DNA from: Octopus sinensis
Taxonomy: Eukaryota
NCBI RefSeq assembly: GCF_006345805.1
Contig: NC_043013.1
Span: 36,332,001 to 36,396,000 of the forward strand
Direction of reading: 5' to 3'
Length of the DNA: 64,000 bases
The notes beneath the pieces were generated by a model that saw only the letters and a list, made by a program, of their open reading frames with translations, did not search any database and was not told the origin of the DNA. Below, piece by piece: positions 63,181-64,000 of the stretch (the stretch's first letter is position 1; each line of letters starts with the position of its first letter). The position numbers and the translations under genes were made by a program.

Positions 63181-64000
63181 GTATATACATGTATGCATAA
63201 TGTATATATATGATGTATATGATACATATATATAAGTATATGTATATACTTATATATTAATATATATTATGGACACATACATATGTGTTTGTTTATGTAT
63301 ATAAATATGTGTGTATCTGTTTATGCTTATTAAGACACTTGCACACATGTACACTGTACATTTTAACGCAAGTGTCATTATGGTGAAAGGCGGTTTCTTA
63401 AGGAATATACAGAAACAAAGGAAGTGCAAAAGAAAACACCATAAAGATAATATTTCTTACGTCATCTCCTGTTAATATCTTAATTTCAGTTGCACATTTT
63501 TCTTTATCATTTCATAATATTGTATAATAATAATGATAATAATAATGATAATAATAATAATAATAATAATAGTTCTTAATATTATATGATTGTTGTTGTT
63601 GCTGTTGTTTTAATACCTCCTTTGTTTATGGAGGCAGTATTAAGAAAGCAAAAAGAAAGATGAAACTGCATGTATATGGATGACGGGTTAGGTTTGAGGA
63701 ATGATTAATAATCTGATTAATAATGAAGTTGGTGTATTAAGAATTGTTTACCTACATAAAGAAAATTTTATGTATGTATGTATGTATTTATATATGTTTA
63801 TACATGATACATGTTTATGTGTATGCATATCTCTCTATCTATATATATATGTGTGTGCGTATATATATATATTATATATGTATATCACTTTATGCTTAGA
63901 AGTGATGAATGTTACCAGAATTTTTGCTGCATGTCAAATGGAACAAACTATTTCAAATCCTGGTTAGCATATCCATGTAAATGGAGCTGGGATAGGCTAT

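Noticed and set aside
3500-63967. The many Ile/Tyr-, His/Thr-, Met/Cys/Val-rich ORFs in the track
   Set aside because: Translations of (TA)n, (CA)n, (TATG)n and trinucleotide microsatellites, open in several frames and strands at once.

Overview
AT-rich eukaryotic, essentially non-coding DNA (intron or intergenic) dominated by (TA)n, (CA)n, (TATG)n, (TAA)n and (ATC)n microsatellites. The tRNA-derived SINE families resemble those known from Octopus, so a coleoid cephalopod source is inferred. Almost all listed ORFs are microsatellite read-through, and no recognisable host gene is present; one 76-bp minus-strand exon candidate lies at 5647-5722. The window contains about 45 SINE copies or fragments from four families, three decayed mariner elements (one full length with TIRs), a decayed Tigger/pogo element, hAT-like and piggyBac-like MITEs, RTE and R4/Dong-type LINE 3' ends, and several Helitron/Helentron-like non-autonomous elements. 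The most notable signal is a set of short elements embedded in (TA)n tracts. They carry minimal type I hammerhead-ribozyme motifs (CUGANGA...GAAA...UH, usually with a palindromic or hairpin helix III) and repeatedly form partial inverted duplications, at 3077-3291, 9651-9800, 26353-26394, 37385-37669 and 37965-38499, with relics elsewhere. This is consistent with non-autonomous Penelope-like or retrozyme-like RNA elements. All alignments and folds were done by eye and coordinates of degenerate copies are approximate.
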